A stretch of 25,431 nt of DNA from Aquificaceae bacterium (GTDB lineage: Bacteria > Aquificota > Aquificia > Aquificales > Aquificaceae): contig JBCNVD010000007.1 of the NCBI GenBank assembly GCA_039630345.1, positions 1 to 25,431 on the forward strand, in the 5' to 3' direction. The position numbers and the translations under genes were made by a program. The notes under the pieces were generated by a model that had not been told where the DNA came from, searched no databases, and worked only from the letters and a program-made list of their open reading frames with translations. Positions 23,933 to 25,431 of this stretch are shown one piece after another (position 1 is the first letter of the stretch; every line of letters begins with the position of its first letter).

Positions 23933-25431
23933 AAGAGCTCTTTGACAACTTGCTTCCAGTTTATGTTTTCCTTCTCTATTTTCTCAAGGAGCTCTTCCAT
24001 TTTTTTAGTGTATTCAAAGTCTATTACCATGCTGTAGTTTTCCTCCAGAAAATCAATTAAATCAAACGCTTCCTGTGTTGGAATCAGGCTCTTGCCCTGT
24101 TTTTTTATGTAGCCTCTTTCTAAAATTGTGCTTACTATTGTTGCAAATGTCGAAGGTCTGCCTATGCCCAGTTTTTCAAGGGCTTTAATAAGCGTCGCTT
24201 CTGTTAACCTCTCAGGGGGGCTGGTATTTACCGAAAAGATTTTTAGCTCAAGTGGGATTAGAATATCCCCCTCTTTGATTTCAGGCATTGGCTTTGACTC
24301 AATTGTCTCGCCAAGAAGTCTTAAAAAACCGTCAAAATCAAGCTCTTGAAAACTGGCTATAAACTCCTGAGATTGATCAATAGGTCTTAAATAAATTTTT
24401 GACTTTTTAACCACCGCAGGCGAAGACAGACTCGCAAGCGTTGTATTTAAGATAAGTCTATATAGCTCTCCCAAAATCCCTTCTGGGGGTTTTTTCCTTA
24501 TAGAGACCGGTCTTATGCACTCGTGAGCGGACATTTTTTCCTGATAAATTGTGCCTAAATATTTATCTCCGTAGAGCTTTTTGATGTGTTTTTGAATCTC
24601 CAGAGCCTTTTCGTAGTTTATGCGCGTGCTATCAGTTCTTGGATAGGTTATATATCCAGTTTCATAAAGCATCTGCGCAAGTTTTTGCACTGTGCTTACG
24701 CTTATAGAGAGTTTCTGGCTGGCAACTTGTTGAAGCGTTGCTGTTTTGAAAGCCTTTGGAGGGCTTATGCTCTCCTGCCAGGACTGGATTTTTAAAACCT
24801 CGAAAGGCAGGTCTTTGAACTTCTCAATAAAAACCTTTGCATTTTCTGGCTTTTCGAACCTGTATTTAAGCGTAGCTTCAAAGTCTTGAAACACTGCCTT
24901 TATGTAGTAGCTCGTTTTTGGTTTAAAGGTCTGTATTTTTTTCTCTCTCTCTACTATCAGCCTGATTGCCGGCGATTGAACTCTGCCTACTGAAGCCCCC
25001 TTTAGCTTTAGAGCTTTGCTGGCTTTTGGCGATAGCAAATAACCAACGAGTCTATCCAGAACCCTCCTTGCAAGCTGCGCATTTACCAAAGATTTGTTAA
25101 TTTCCCCGGGATTTTGCAATGCCTTATAAATCGCTTTGGGTGTAAGCTCATATAAACTCACCCTGAAGGTGGGTTTTTTGACATTTTTCAAAACTTCCCT
25201 GATTGAGTTTGCTATTGCCTCGCCTTCTCTATCGGGGTCTGTTGCTATGTATATGGCGCTTGCGTCTTTGGCAAGAGTTATAATTTTGCCAATTAGCTTC
25301 TTTTTGTTAGGTAGCCAAACAAAAGCCGGCTCAAGGGTGCTTAAATCCACCCCGAGCGAGTTCTTTGGCAAGTCTTTGATGTGTCCTAAGGTTGCAATTA
25401 CCACAAAGCTTTTGCCCAGAAACTTTGAGAT
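23902..25431 (-). CDS. topA: Type IA DNA topoisomerase (5'-truncated by the window edge)
   Basis: The frame is open to the edge ('ISKFLGKSFVVIATLGH'). TOPRIM 'ATDPDREGE', 'SVGRVQSP', catalytic 'GYITYPRTDS', 'GIGRPST'. Confidence 0.92.
   Translation of the reverse strand: MSKFLGKSFVVIATLGHIKDLPKNSLGVDLSTLEPAFVWLPNKKKLIGKIITLAKDASAIYIATDPDREGEAIANSIREVLKNVKKPTFRVSLYELTPKAIYKALQNPGEINKSLVNAQLARRVLDRLVGYLLSPKASKALKLKGASVGRVQSPAIRLIVEREKKIQTFKPKTSYYIKAVFQDFEATLKYRFEKPENAKVFIEKFKDLPFEVLKIQSWQESISPPKAFKTATLQQVASQKLSISVSTVQKLAQMLYETGYITYPRTDSTRINYEKALEIQKHIKKLYGDKYLGTIYQEKMSAHECIRPVSIRKKPPEGILGELYRLILNTTLASLSSPAVVKKSKIYLRPIDQSQEFIASFQELDFDGFLRLLGETIESKPMPEIKEGDILIPLELKIFSVNTSPPERLTEATLIKALEKLGIGRPSTFATIVSTILERGYIKKQGKSLIPTQEAFDLIDFLEENYSMVIDFEYTKKMEELLEKIEKENINWKQVVKELFQEIIKLDSL

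Noticed and set aside
6209..24795. Numerous 60-124 aa ORFs nested in or opposite to long genes
   Set aside because: They are typical reverse-frame shadows of well-supported genes and show no independent signals.
1..25431. tRNA, rRNA, CRISPR arrays, riboswitches (for example SAM before metF or Moco before mog) and IS elements
   Set aside because: The largest intergenic gap is 68 bp. I saw no repeat-spacer pattern, cloverleaf or transposase.
1..25431. Frequent GAGCT/GAGCTC words
   Set aside because: They are mostly explained by Glu-Leu and Arg-Ala codon pairs in helical proteins, with no regular spacing.
14264..25431. dnaE, gyrA and topA as a deliberate replication cluster
   Set aside because: They lie in separate transcription units interleaved with unrelated genes, as expected for a shuffled genome.

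Overview
A densely packed chromosomal segment from a bacterium that looks like Aquificaceae. That placement rests on the DnaE insert 'GDVQGTWLSLEEM', a GyrA/ParC without a GyrA-box and a short TopA, all recalled from Aquifex proteins and not database-checked. There are 22 supportable CDSs with almost no intergenic space. In order they are: the 3' end of a probable type IIG/Eco57I-like or PglX-like methyltransferase; a TIGR00725/LOG-family protein; a small helical hypothetical; a minus-strand coupled run (GYD protein, hypothetical, metF, kamA-like); a divergent double efflux locus (RND transporter opposite adaptor, TolC, TolC, EmrA, EmrB); mog; dnaE; a minus-strand run (gyrA/parC, leuD, pyrE, ZIP transporter); feoAB with a Fur-like box; and a truncated type IA topoisomerase. 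I found no tRNA, rRNA, CRISPR array, transposase or intein, and no clearly new multi-gene system. The strongest oddities are a natural D-to-N change at a DnaE PHP proofreading ligand, -10 boxes 6-8 nt before five start codons (suggesting leaderless mRNAs), a deleted GyrA-box, the split and divergent efflux cluster, and GC-rich hairpins inside coding sequence.
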